The notes under the pieces were generated by a model, which was not told the DNA's origin, did not search any database, and saw only the letters and a list, made by a program, of their open reading frames with translations. Below are positions 18,313 to 26,921 of a stretch of 38,886 bases of DNA, piece after piece (within the stretch, counting starts at the first letter, position 1; each line of letters begins with the position of its first letter). A program made the position numbers and the translations under genes. This DNA comes from a virus: IMG/VR virus record IMGVR_UViG_3300035670_000585, positions 1 to 38,886 of that record; one strand, given 5' to 3'.

Positions 18313-18699
18313 ATGAATAAAATCATGGAAGGTATTACTGTTTCTACACAGGTGTTCCCAACGGCTACAACTGGAATCAGCGGATCAGCAACTGTTGACA
18401 TGCTGAACTACCATAAGGCCGTGGCGAAGCTTTTCGCTCACCGTTTGCCTGATGCAAAGGGCGAAGGCGTTATAACATTATCGCTGTACGAACACACCGC
18501 CGCAGCAGCTGCAGGAACTCAGGTTGCTGCATCTGTTGTAACAGGTTCTATCACATCCGCATCAGATGTATACCTTGAGGCAGAAATTGATGCTACAAGC
18601 CTGACCAAACGTTATGTTTATGCCCGTGTCGTGTCTGCAACAGGGACTGTTGTGGCTGCAACAATCGAAAGAGCAGAACCAAGATACGAGCCCGTTTAA
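18313..18699 (+). CDS. Small Ala/Thr/Val-rich head-associated protein (unknown function)
   Basis: 128-aa ORF directly after the capsid gene with SD GAGGGGG. Contains HTAAAAAGTQVAASVVTGS. Confidence 0.6.
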   Translation: MNKIMEGITVSTQVFPTATTGISGSATVDMLNYHKAVAKLFAHRLPDAKGEGVITLSLYEHTAAAAAGTQVAASVVTGSITSASDVYLEAEIDATSLTKRYVYARVVSATGTVVAATIERAEPRYEPV

Positions 18700-18715
18700 T
18701 TTAAACTGATTCAAA

Positions 18716-18769
18716 TGCCGTGGATAGGCTTGCAACCGAAAAGAGGGTTCCTGACCTCCTGCCACGGCA
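18716..18769 (+). other. Conserved hairpin element A (related to element B)
   Basis: The stem TGCCGTGG/CCACGGCA encloses GTGG-a-TAGG...C-GAAAAG-a-G-GTT...CTCC-TGCCAC. It lies in the gap upstream of the first glycosyltransferase. Confidence 0.6.
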
Positions 18770-18815
18770 GACTTTTCAGGAATATATTCAAACACTTACA
18801 GGAGGTGTTTTTTTT

Positions 18816-19709
18816 ATGCAACTTTTTAAAAATATTATTAACTTTTTCATCAAAGTATATTTAAATCAATACAAATCAAAATATTTTGAGTTGTTACAAC
18901 AGCATCAACAATACAAGGCGTTCAAAGATAACGAAATTCAAAATATTAAAAATGTTTTAAGTGCAATTGAAAAAAAACAAAGTGCAGAACAATCAGCAAT
19001 TTCTCCTCTCAATAAAACAACAAATATTTGTATCGGCATCCCCCACATGGGGATATTTCATTGGCAAACACTAAGCGCGCTTTTGTCGCTCAGAGTGCCG
19101 CCAAACTGCGTTATTAAATACCACATGGTTGGCAGTTCGTTGGTATATGAGGCGAGAGACAGCATAGCCAAATTTGCGATTGAAAATGATTGCGATTATG
19201 TGCTTTACCTTGACAGTGACATGGTGCCGCCAAGCGACATGATTATGAAAATGTTAAACACATTCGATCAGCGACCAGAATCGGGGTTGGTGACAGGCAT
19301 GGCATTTAAGCGGATACCACCGTTTCAGCCGTGTTTCTATACTAAAGTTACATACGACACAAAGATGATGAGACCTACACTGGAGAGCCCGATTGAGTTC
19401 CCGGATGAAGGGCTTATTGAGATTCAAGGTTGCGGAATGGCCTGTTGCATGATTAAAACTGAGGTATTCAGACAGGTTGATGCTGAATTGATTGGAGACA
19501 GAAAACATTATTTTTTCCCACTGCCGAACATGGGCGAGGATTTGACGTTCTGCCTAAAAGCAAAGCACAAGGCAATTAAAATGTATGTTGACTTGTCAAT
19601 TGACGTTGGTCATATTTCATCCATGCCAATAGTCAGGGATCATTTCAGGGCATGTTATAACGAATATAAGTCCAAAAACACCTCTGAACCGTTATTTAAG
19701 GAGGTGTAA
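18816..19709 (+). CDS. GT-A fold glycosyltransferase (GT2-like)
   Basis: ATG 18816 follows ACAGGAGG. Has YLDSDM (DxD), GCGMACCMIK and MGEDLTFC. Confidence 0.7.
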   Translation: MQLFKNIINFFIKVYLNQYKSKYFELLQQHQQYKAFKDNEIQNIKNVLSAIEKKQSAEQSAISPLNKTTNICIGIPHMGIFHWQTLSALLSLRVPPNCVIKYHMVGSSLVYEARDSIAKFAIENDCDYVLYLDSDMVPPSDMIMKMLNTFDQRPESGLVTGMAFKRIPPFQPCFYTKVTYDTKMMRPTLESPIEFPDEGLIEIQGCGMACCMIKTEVFRQVDAELIGDRKHYFFPLPNMGEDLTFCLKAKHKAIKMYVDLSIDVGHISSMPIVRDHFRACYNEYKSKNTSEPLFKEV

Positions 19710-20293
19710 TGATGCATATAAAAAAATATTGGGACAGCAGCAGAGACGACTTTTCAAACAGACCTACAATTTTATTTCAGCCTGACCATTTGGGATTCTT
19801 GTCGGAGTGCAAAAAAATAATTGACCTTGGATCTGGCAATGGGATCCTCGTGAACAAATTAAACGAGATGGGACACCAGGCACACGGCATCACATACAAC
19901 CAAGGCGAGGTAAATCAGCGAGTACACCAAAATGTTATATTTGGTGATATGCAGGATATACCGTTTGAGGATGACACTTTTGACGGATTCGTAATGTGGG
20001 ACAGCCTAGAACATTGTCCATCGGCTTATATTGCGCTTTGTGAGGCAAGGCGAGTTGTAAAGGATAATGGCAAAGGCTTAATTTTTATGCCGGGGCTCAA
20101 CTGGTTGAACTGCCATTGCCATATAACATGTTACACTGTGCCACAGATGGAGCAGTTATTTAGACAGTCAGGATGGACACTTAATAAAGTACATGAGAAA
20201 AAATACCCAAACGAGCCAAACAAATACTGTGAGGGCATGGCTGTTTATGAGGTTATAAACGTGCCCGGTTACAAGGCGGTGTTTGAACAATGA
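19709..20293 (+). CDS. Class I SAM-dependent methyltransferase
   Basis: IIDLGSGNGIL (motif I) and FDGFVMWDSLEHC. Its start overlaps the previous stop. Confidence 0.75.
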   Translation: MMHIKKYWDSSRDDFSNRPTILFQPDHLGFLSECKKIIDLGSGNGILVNKLNEMGHQAHGITYNQGEVNQRVHQNVIFGDMQDIPFEDDTFDGFVMWDSLEHCPSAYIALCEARRVVKDNGKGLIFMPGLNWLNCHCHITCYTVPQMEQLFRQSGWTLNKVHEKKYPNEPNKYCEGMAVYEVINVPGYKAVFEQ

Positions 20294-20976
20294 TTCATGG
20301 GATGATGTTGGTCAGAAACGAATCAGGACGCTGGCTTGAGCAAGTGTTAAAACAAATGAACCAAATATGTGACCGTGTTGTTATTCTGGACGATGCCAGT
20401 ACAGACAACACGGTTTCTATTTGCGAGGAGTTTGGCGAGGTATTTAGATCCAATAAACAAAAATGGACAACAAACGAGCTGGAGGCGCGACAAAAACTCT
20501 GGCAGCTAACGACAAACAAAGCAAGCGACAACGATTGGATCCTCTGCCTCGATGCTGATGAATTATTTGTTGACGGGCATATTGATTACATCAAATATTT
20601 ATTTCACGTTTTACCAACAGAGGTTGATGCCGTTGGTTTTAGGTTGCATGACATGTGGTCAGACACTCATTACAGGGATGACCAGTTATGGCAGGCACAT
20701 CGTTATATTTGGCCAATGGCAGTAAGGTATAAGGAGCGGTTCATTTACCACTGGCTGAATAAAAAACTGCATTGCGGACGGTTCCCTGGCAACGCATCAC
20801 AAAAATGTTACCCGACGATGATACCGATAAAGCACATGGGATGGAGCCGAGAGGCTGACAGGATTAAAAAGCACGAAAGATATTTACAGTGTGATCCTGA
20901 CGGTAAAAATGGCATTATGGAGCAGTATATAAGCATTATGGATACCAATCCAACGTTAAAATTGTTTGGTACATAG
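20290..20976 (+). CDS. Family 2 glycosyltransferase
   Basis: MLVRNESGRWLEQVL...VVILDDASTDNT and LCLDADELF. ATGA overlap with the upstream gene. Confidence 0.75.
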   Translation: MIHGMMLVRNESGRWLEQVLKQMNQICDRVVILDDASTDNTVSICEEFGEVFRSNKQKWTTNELEARQKLWQLTTNKASDNDWILCLDADELFVDGHIDYIKYLFHVLPTEVDAVGFRLHDMWSDTHYRDDQLWQAHRYIWPMAVRYKERFIYHWLNKKLHCGRFPGNASQKCYPTMIPIKHMGWSREADRIKKHERYLQCDPDGKNGIMEQYISIMDTNPTLKLFGT

Positions 20977-20982
20977 GCAGTT

Positions 20983-21042
20983 AATTTGTGGCTAGGTCGA
21001 CGGACTGAAAAGGAGTTACCCCCTTTCTCCCTGCCACAAATT
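20983..21042 (+). other. Conserved hairpin element B (related to element A)
   Basis: The 10-bp stem AATTTGTGGC/GCCACAAATT encloses TAGG...C-GAAAAG-GA-GTT...CTCCCTGCCAC. It lies in the gap upstream of the rSAM gene. Confidence 0.6.
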
Positions 21043-21076
21043 TATCTATAAGGGGCTTAACGAAAGGGGCGTTATT

Positions 21077-23101
21077 ATGAATGTTATATTGTGTTACCCA
21101 CCAAAGAGAAATTATCCCGGCTATGGTCAAGACAAAAGATGGTTGCCTTTAGGTATTGCATCACTTGGGGCATATATAAGGCAAGAATTACCGGATTTAA
21201 AAGTGACGTTGCTGGATTTGTTTGAATACAGCATGGATGAGGCTTTTGCAAAAATATTCAAAAGTATTAATCCAGACGACACCAATATATTAGGTTTTAC
21301 TTGTTTCACAGAACAAAGGAATAGTGCTTTTGAGCTATGTAAACGGGTTAAATCAATAAGACTTTTTGATGATTCAATGGCAAAGTATTGGGGAATTGAC
21401 AAAAGCGACTATAATGTTGGTCAAATAATTACTGTCGTTGGTGGACCACACGCTTTTATAATGGCGAATCAAATTGCCGAGCATTACCCTTATATTGACC
21501 ACATCATGAAAGGTGAGGGAGAGCGGTCTATTGTCAACTTAATCAAAAATTATATCGACGGTAGAGAGTCAAAGCGCATTATTGAGGCTGACATAATTCA
21601 TAACCTTGATGAATTACCTCACTGTATAGACGGATTTGACCTATTTGCCAACGTCAGCAATATGGTCGAGGCAGAAGCACCGATTATATTCAGTCGAGGT
21701 TGCACAGATTATTGTTCATTTTGCAGCACGACAAAATTTTGGCATGGATACCGCAGCCGGTCAGCTGAAAACGTATTTGCCGAAATGATGAAATATAACC
21801 AGCGGTATGGGACGACGAAATTTAAATTTCACGATGACGCATCCACCGCAGATTTAGACAACTGGAAACGGTTATGTGGATTCATTGTAGATTATAAATT
21901 TGAATACGAAATAACAGCCAGAGCAGACCAGTTTGACGATGAACTGATTGACTTACTCGCTCGATCTGGATGCAAACGTGTTGCAGTCGGCATTGAATCA
22001 GGCAACGAAAATCTTAGAAATGCCATGAATAAGCGGCTTGACATGGACGTTGCCAAAGCTAACATGAAGAAGCTAATGGCAGCAGGCATCGAGGTTGTAA
22101 TGCTGTTTATTATTGGTTATCCAGGTGAAACAGACGGAACCATACAAGAGACCATCGACCTGATCCGAGAGGTTAAGCCGTCAAGTTGGTGTTGCCAACC
22201 ACTAATGATATTCCCCGGCACAAAAGTTTATCGTGATTGTGTTAAGTCAGGATGGATGAAGGATGATTACTGGCTGCAGGATTTACCACAGCCATACTAC
22301 ATAAAGGATGTACCATTTCGGCAGCTGCAGGAGTGGACAAGACAGGTTCAAACGTGCATGAAAAAAACTAATGTTCTAATAGCTGCACCAGTGCGCCAAA
22401 ATGAGGTCAAATTCAAGCTATACATAGATAGCCTTAATAATTTGACCATACCGGACAATGTAAACGTGCAGCGACTTTTTGTTCTCCACAACAGCGAGCA
22501 TCTGAAACAGTATTTGTCACCAACTGACACCGTTGCAATAGCCAATACAGATGATGATTATATTTGCGATGAAAAGACGCATCAATGGAAGCAGCACAAC
22601 CTCAATTTTGTGGCAAACATCAAAAATCAAATCATAGAAATTGCGGTTAAAAACGGCTTTGACTATGTTTTCTTTGTGGACAGTGACCTGATACTGCATC
22701 CTGATACATTGTCGAATCTGTTGAGCCTTGACCTAGACATCGTGGCAGAAATATTTTGGACAGCTTGGGATCCGGGATCTCCATTGATGCCAAACGCATG
22801 GGATTATGACCACTATAGTTTTCTGCCTGGTACCATTGAAAAGTATAAAACGCCGGGTGTGTACCAATGCGGAGGCACTGGCGCAGCAATATTAATTAAT
22901 CGGCGTGTATTTGATGCAGGAGTAAACTACAACAACATACCAAACCTTTCTATGTGGGGAGAGGACAGGCATTTCAGCATCAGGGCAATGGCAGCAGGAT
23001 ACCCGATACACATTGACACTCATTACCCAGCAGTGCATTTATACAGAGAAAGTGACGTTGAAAAAGTATTAAAGGAGCGTGAACAAATTGCTGACAAGTA
23101 A
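21077..23101 (+). CDS. B12-binding radical SAM enzyme fused to a C-terminal GT-A-like glycosyltransferase domain
   Basis: N-terminus has VVGGPHAF and KGEGERS (cobalamin-binding domain) and GCTDYCSFC (CxxxCxxC). From about aa 430 onward: FVDSDL (DxD), GGTGAAILINRRVF and WGEDRHFS. Confidence 0.75.
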   Translation: MNVILCYPPKRNYPGYGQDKRWLPLGIASLGAYIRQELPDLKVTLLDLFEYSMDEAFAKIFKSINPDDTNILGFTCFTEQRNSAFELCKRVKSIRLFDDSMAKYWGIDKSDYNVGQIITVVGGPHAFIMANQIAEHYPYIDHIMKGEGERSIVNLIKNYIDGRESKRIIEADIIHNLDELPHCIDGFDLFANVSNMVEAEAPIIFSRGCTDYCSFCSTTKFWHGYRSRSAENVFAEMMKYNQRYGTTKFKFHDDASTADLDNWKRLCGFIVDYKFEYEITARADQFDDELIDLLARSGCKRVAVGIESGNENLRNAMNKRLDMDVAKANMKKLMAAGIEVVMLFIIGYPGETDGTIQETIDLIREVKPSSWCCQPLMIFPGTKVYRDCVKSGWMKDDYWLQDLPQPYYIKDVPFRQLQEWTRQVQTCMKKTNVLIAAPVRQNEVKFKLYIDSLNNLTIPDNVNVQRLFVLHNSEHLKQYLSPTDTVAIANTDDDYICDEKTHQWKQHNLNFVANIKNQIIEIAVKNGFDYVFFVDSDLILHPDTLSNLLSLDLDIVAEIFWTAWDPGSPLMPNAWDYDHYSFLPGTIEKYKTPGVYQCGGTGAAILINRRVFDAGVNYNNIPNLSMWGEDRHFSIRAMAAGYPIHIDTHYPAVHLYRESDVEKVLKEREQIADK

Positions 23102-23744
23102 GTTTTTTTATGGCGATGATGAACGATTTGACAGTTTGGATGGTTTTGAGCTGCCATCTGATTGGTGGAGCAGACCGCACGAATATGCCTGGGCAAGTAA
23201 GTTTTTGAAAGACGATGAAATAATAATTGATGCCGGTTGTGGGACAAATCACCCATTCAAGGATTATGCAGCTGCCAGGGTAAAAAAGATTTTTGCAATT
23301 GACAAAGATCCTGCAATCAAACAGTTTAATGACACAGATACATTGATGCACGTCCACAGCGATATTTGCAAGTTGGATGGTGATTTTGCACCGAAATCAA
23401 TTGACAAGGTGTTTTGCATCAGCGTTTTAGAGCACATGTACCCGGTTAACATTGTTGATGCCTTGAAACAATTTAAAACGGTGCTCAAGGATGACGGACA
23501 GATTATATTGACCATGGATTACCCTTATTTGATGCCTGAGACACTTATAAGCTTGGTCAATGATGCAGGTTTATGTTTTGCTGGATCTGTTGACTATGAT
23601 TTTGACAAACACAAGGCAATCAAAGGGTCATACGGAAACTTAAAATGTTACCGGGCAGTATTGTGCAAGCCAGAGGACGAAACAGAAACAAAACCGGTAG
23701 CACCAAAAGAAACTAAGCCAGTTAAACCTAAAAAGACTAAATAG
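23079..23744 (+). CDS. Class I SAM-dependent methyltransferase with Lys/Pro-rich C-terminal tail
   Basis: IIIDAGCGTNH (motif I) and ISVLEHM, with tail ETKPVAPKETKPVKPKKTK. GTG 23079 or TTG 23088 start overlaps the rSAM gene end. Confidence 0.7.
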   Translation: MNKLLTSKFFYGDDERFDSLDGFELPSDWWSRPHEYAWASKFLKDDEIIIDAGCGTNHPFKDYAAARVKKIFAIDKDPAIKQFNDTDTLMHVHSDICKLDGDFAPKSIDKVFCISVLEHMYPVNIVDALKQFKTVLKDDGQIILTMDYPYLMPETLISLVNDAGLCFAGSVDYDFDKHKAIKGSYGNLKCYRAVLCKPEDETETKPVAPKETKPVKPKKTK

Positions 23745-23755
23745 GAGGGATGACC

Positions 23756-24295
23756 ATGCCGAATCCAATGGCAACAGCTAAAGACTTTGTAACACAGGCA
23801 TTTAGGACAATTGAGGTTGAGCATAACAACATCCATGAGGGTGTATTTTTTGAGTACCCAATAATAGGTAGTTTACCGGCAGCTGGAACATTTGTTTTTT
23901 CTTTAAAAACACCAGCCGAAGAGTATGTACATTATCGCAACGAAAAACTAGCATGTAGCGGAGATAAATTGTCGATAGCCTTGCAAGAAGGAGCAACATT
24001 AACAGGTGGAACTACCGTTTCAGCAATTAACCACAATAGAGTATCATCAAAAGTATCATCTATGATAGTAAAAGTTGACGCAACGCTTACCACAGCTGGA
24101 ACAACTATATCAATAGGATATATAGGCGGTGGTACTGGTGTAGGTGGCACAAGAGGAGGAGGAGAAACTAGTCAAAGTAATGAATATGTATTAAAAAGAG
24201 ATACTGTGTACGCTGTTATTGTTACCAACAACAGCGCAGCGACAAACACAATAGTATTAAGCCCACAATGGTATGAAGAAGGAGCCAGTGGATAA
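23756..24295 (+). CDS. Beta-rich Gly/Thr-rich protein of unknown function (probable virion protein)
   Basis: ATG 23756 follows TAGGAGGGA. It has a GGGTGVGGTRGGGE loop and lies between the enzyme cassette and the head-tail connector. Confidence 0.6.
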   Translation: MPNPMATAKDFVTQAFRTIEVEHNNIHEGVFFEYPIIGSLPAAGTFVFSLKTPAEEYVHYRNEKLACSGDKLSIALQEGATLTGGTTVSAINHNRVSSKVSSMIVKVDATLTTAGTTISIGYIGGGTGVGGTRGGGETSQSNEYVLKRDTVYAVIVTNNSAATNTIVLSPQWYEEGASG

Positions 24296-24308
24296 GGGGT
24301 GATATTAC

Positions 24309-24998
24309 TTGGCTAATTGGAACAGGAAAAGCGAAAAACCAGATTTATACCAGCCATATAAACCACAGCAAAATATTAAACTGACACTTGTCACGGGTCC
24401 AACCTTGTCAATTGTAAGCAGGTCTGAGGCTAAAAACTACATCAAAATAGGCACTGACACAACAGATGATTCTCTTGTTGATGATTTGATTGACGCGGCA
24501 ACTAGAATCATTGAAAGTGAAGCTGGTGGCATTGCTATATGTGAACAGACTTGGAAACAAACGCAAACTGGCGGCACTGATGTCATAAAGCTAATGCGGC
24601 AGCCTGTGATTGGCGTACCAACTGTCAGCTATTACGATGACTTTACAACGGTTACGGCCACAAACATTACATATTCATCTTATTTTCGTGTTGTGCAGCC
24701 AAATGTACTTGTACATGTCGATGGTTATTTTGAGGAGGGTCGGGAGCAGGACGGGTATGAGGTTATGTTTAAAGCCGGGATGTTTACGGCGTCAACTTAT
24801 ACCAATTCTGCCGATCAGCGGTTACAAATTTTTAAAACCGCAATTCTCAGAACTATTGCATGGATGTATGAGAACAGAGAGGAATACGTCAATTTTGTCG
24901 GAGAGGGAAAGCTGCAAGTCACTTATGACAATAAAGAACTACCACTTGGGATTAAACGGCTTATAATGCCAGTTCATTCAGGAGAGGGGCTGATATAA
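24309..24998 (+). CDS. Head-tail connector (gp6-like / DNA-packaging QLRG-type)
   Basis: EAKNYIKIGTDTTDDSLVDDLIDAATRIIE matches the gp6-like N-terminal motif. TTG start. Confidence 0.6.
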   Translation: MANWNRKSEKPDLYQPYKPQQNIKLTLVTGPTLSIVSRSEAKNYIKIGTDTTDDSLVDDLIDAATRIIESEAGGIAICEQTWKQTQTGGTDVIKLMRQPVIGVPTVSYYDDFTTVTATNITYSSYFRVVQPNVLVHVDGYFEEGREQDGYEVMFKAGMFTASTYTNSADQRLQIFKTAILRTIAWMYENREEYVNFVGEGKLQVTYDNKELPLGIKRLIMPVHSGEGLI

Positions 24999-25315
24999 TG
25001 CTGACACGGTTACGGCATCGGGTAAGCGTTATGTCTCAAACCTTAACGACAGCATCCGGCGGCATCTATACGACAAGCTGGGTGACAGCATCAAATGAAT
25101 GGGCGAACTGTCAGCGATACTCTACGAAAGAGGAAACGCAATACGGAGAAAAGCAGCAGTATACAAAATGGGTTGTCGTGATGAGGTCACAGGTTAACGT
25201 TGACAACCACAGCCGAATTATTTTTGGCAGCTCAATTTTGACGGTTGAATCTGTCAGTGATCCGACAGCCAGAGGGTATATGATAGAGGTCACCTGCCGG
25301 GAGGAGGTTGATTAA
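24998..25315 (+). CDS. Head closure / head-tail adaptor (SPP1 gp16-like)
   Basis: 105 aa with the LRHRVSV...W..V.A motif pattern; position is consistent. Confidence 0.6.
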   Translation: MLTRLRHRVSVMSQTLTTASGGIYTTSWVTASNEWANCQRYSTKEETQYGEKQQYTKWVVVMRSQVNVDNHSRIIFGSSILTVESVSDPTARGYMIEVTCREEVD

Positions 25316-25729
25316 ATGGTCACTGTACGCGTTGATGCAAGAAAAGTTTTAGCCAGGTCAAAGGTTGTCCAGGCTGAATTAAAAAAACGTTTCAGACAAG
25401 AAATTATTGATACAGCCTTAACAGACATTGAGACTCCGGCAAAAATGAAACTTACTACAGATGGACATATATTGACCGGGAGACTTAGAGCGTCAATACA
25501 TACAGAGTATACAGGCTCTGGGTCTTATACATACCGGGATATGTACGGTAAAGGATTCAAAGGCAATTTTAAAACAGACAGGCCAAGAAACAACATGGAT
25601 ATAGTCGTTGGCACAAATGTAGTATATGCAAGACACATCGAGCGGATTGATTCGTACATATATTACGCATACAAAAAAGCTATGCCAGCACTTAAAAGAC
25701 GTATTAACAATATGATTCGTGGCTTATAG
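25316..25729 (+). CDS. HK97 gp10-family tail-completion protein
   Basis: Size, position and the TGRLRASIH motif. Confidence 0.55.
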   Translation: MVTVRVDARKVLARSKVVQAELKKRFRQEIIDTALTDIETPAKMKLTTDGHILTGRLRASIHTEYTGSGSYTYRDMYGKGFKGNFKTDRPRNNMDIVVGTNVVYARHIERIDSYIYYAYKKAMPALKRRINNMIRGL

Positions 25730-25741
25730 GGAGGTGGAACG

Positions 25742-26158
25742 ATGTCTGCAGCGTGGGAAGTTCAACAAGCCATGTACACAGCTATGGTCGCAGATACTAC
25801 ATTGACAAGCCTTGTTACTGGTGGTATATATGACGAGCCTTTGCCAGATACTACATATCCATACATAACTATTGGCGACATGGTAGAAGTACCAGATAAC
25901 AGGCACAGATACTTGGGATATGACATAAGTCATACTATACACATCTATACTAAACCTTACGGATTGGGATATTCAACAGCAGAGCAGATTCTGGCGCGGT
26001 TAAATGTTGTTCTTAACATGAAACGATTCGCACTGACAAATTACACAATGCTGATTTGTAAATTTGACAGGGCAATGACTGACAGAGAGGGAGACAAGCG
26101 TATTATTTCTGCAAGGTATAACATTATTTGCCACAGTAACACAGCAACGACATATTAA
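25742..26158 (+). CDS. DUF3168-like tail terminator/completion protein
   Basis: LTSLVTGGIYDEPLPDTTYPYITIGD is typical of DUF3168. Confidence 0.55.
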   Translation: MSAAWEVQQAMYTAMVADTTLTSLVTGGIYDEPLPDTTYPYITIGDMVEVPDNRHRYLGYDISHTIHIYTKPYGLGYSTAEQILARLNVVLNMKRFALTNYTMLICKFDRAMTDREGDKRIISARYNIICHSNTATTY

Positions 26159-26180
26159 AATTTGAAAGGATGGGATAATT

Positions 26181-26582
26181 ATGGCAGGTTCTTTTGGTAA
26201 TGGTGGTGTTTTTAAGATTGGGACAACAACTGTAAGTGAGTTGACAAACATTGCGCCTCCCGGGTTTAGTGCAGATGCAATTGACGTTACTACGCACAAC
26301 AACTCTACAAGGTTTCGTGAGTTCGTAAAAGGTTTGATTGACCCCGGTGAGATTACTGTTGAGGGTAATTTCAATTACACTGATTTTGCGACAGTTTATG
26401 CAGCAATGGCAACAACATCACTGCAATCAATTACCGTGACAGTACCAACAGCTCCAAGCACAACAACATTTGTCGCTAATGGTATTTTAACAGGCCTTGA
26501 AGTTGAGGATCCGCATGACGATAAAGTTAGTTTTTCGGCAACAGTAAAAGTCACGGGCAAACCGACAATTACAGTGGCATAG
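26181..26582 (+). CDS. Major tail (tube) protein
   Basis: 133-aa beta-rich protein directly upstream of the G/GT chaperones. Confidence 0.6.
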   Translation: MAGSFGNGGVFKIGTTTVSELTNIAPPGFSADAIDVTTHNNSTRFREFVKGLIDPGEITVEGNFNYTDFATVYAAMATTSLQSITVTVPTAPSTTTFVANGILTGLEVEDPHDDKVSFSATVKVTGKPTITVA

Positions 26583-26595
26583 GAGGTAAATTATT

Positions 26596-26904
26596 ATGAT
26601 TTCAATTGAATTGTCAGGAAAAGAAAGAAACCTTAGATATGACTATAATTCTGTTTGTGATCTTGAAGAGAGAGCAAACAAGGGTATTATTCAGCTCATG
26701 AATGAACAGGCTGGGTTAAATGTTTTACGTCTTTTGTTATGGGCAGGTTTAAAGCATGAGAATAAAGGCTTAACCGTTGATATGGTCGGTTTGTGGATCC
26801 AAAAATACCTGGATGATGGTATGAGCATGGATGCCTTGTTTGAAAAATGCATCACTGCTCTTGCTAAGAGTGGAATACTGGGAAAGCAGAAAGCGGAGGA
26901 GTAG
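26596..26904 (+). CDS. Tail assembly chaperone (G-like)
   Basis: Lies before the tape measure and contains an in-frame slippery GGGAAAG near its end. Confidence 0.75.
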   Translation: MISIELSGKERNLRYDYNSVCDLEERANKGIIQLMNEQAGLNVLRLLLWAGLKHENKGLTVDMVGLWIQKYLDDGMSMDALFEKCITALAKSGILGKQKAEE

Positions 26905-26921
26905 ATGATACATCCTCCGCT
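26880..26921 (+). promoter_or_regulatory. Programmed -1 ribosomal frameshift signal (G GGA AAG plus hairpin)
   Basis: The heptamer at 26880-26886 is in X XXY YYZ phase with the 26596 ORF. A 5-nt spacer precedes the 9-bp hairpin AGCGGAGGA/TCCTCCGCT (26892-26921). The -1 frame is open from 26886 into the 26940-27254 ORF. Confidence 0.8.

Noticed and set aside
18720-18815. N-terminal extension of the first glycosyltransferase (track start 18720)
   Set aside because: The extension would run through hairpin element A and lacks an SD. ATG 18816 has a strong ACAGGAGG site.
24610-24966. 118-aa same-strand alternative-frame ORF inside the head-tail connector gene
   Set aside because: It has no SD and an odd composition (Leu/Arg/Cys-rich). 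The connector frame carries the recognisable motif.
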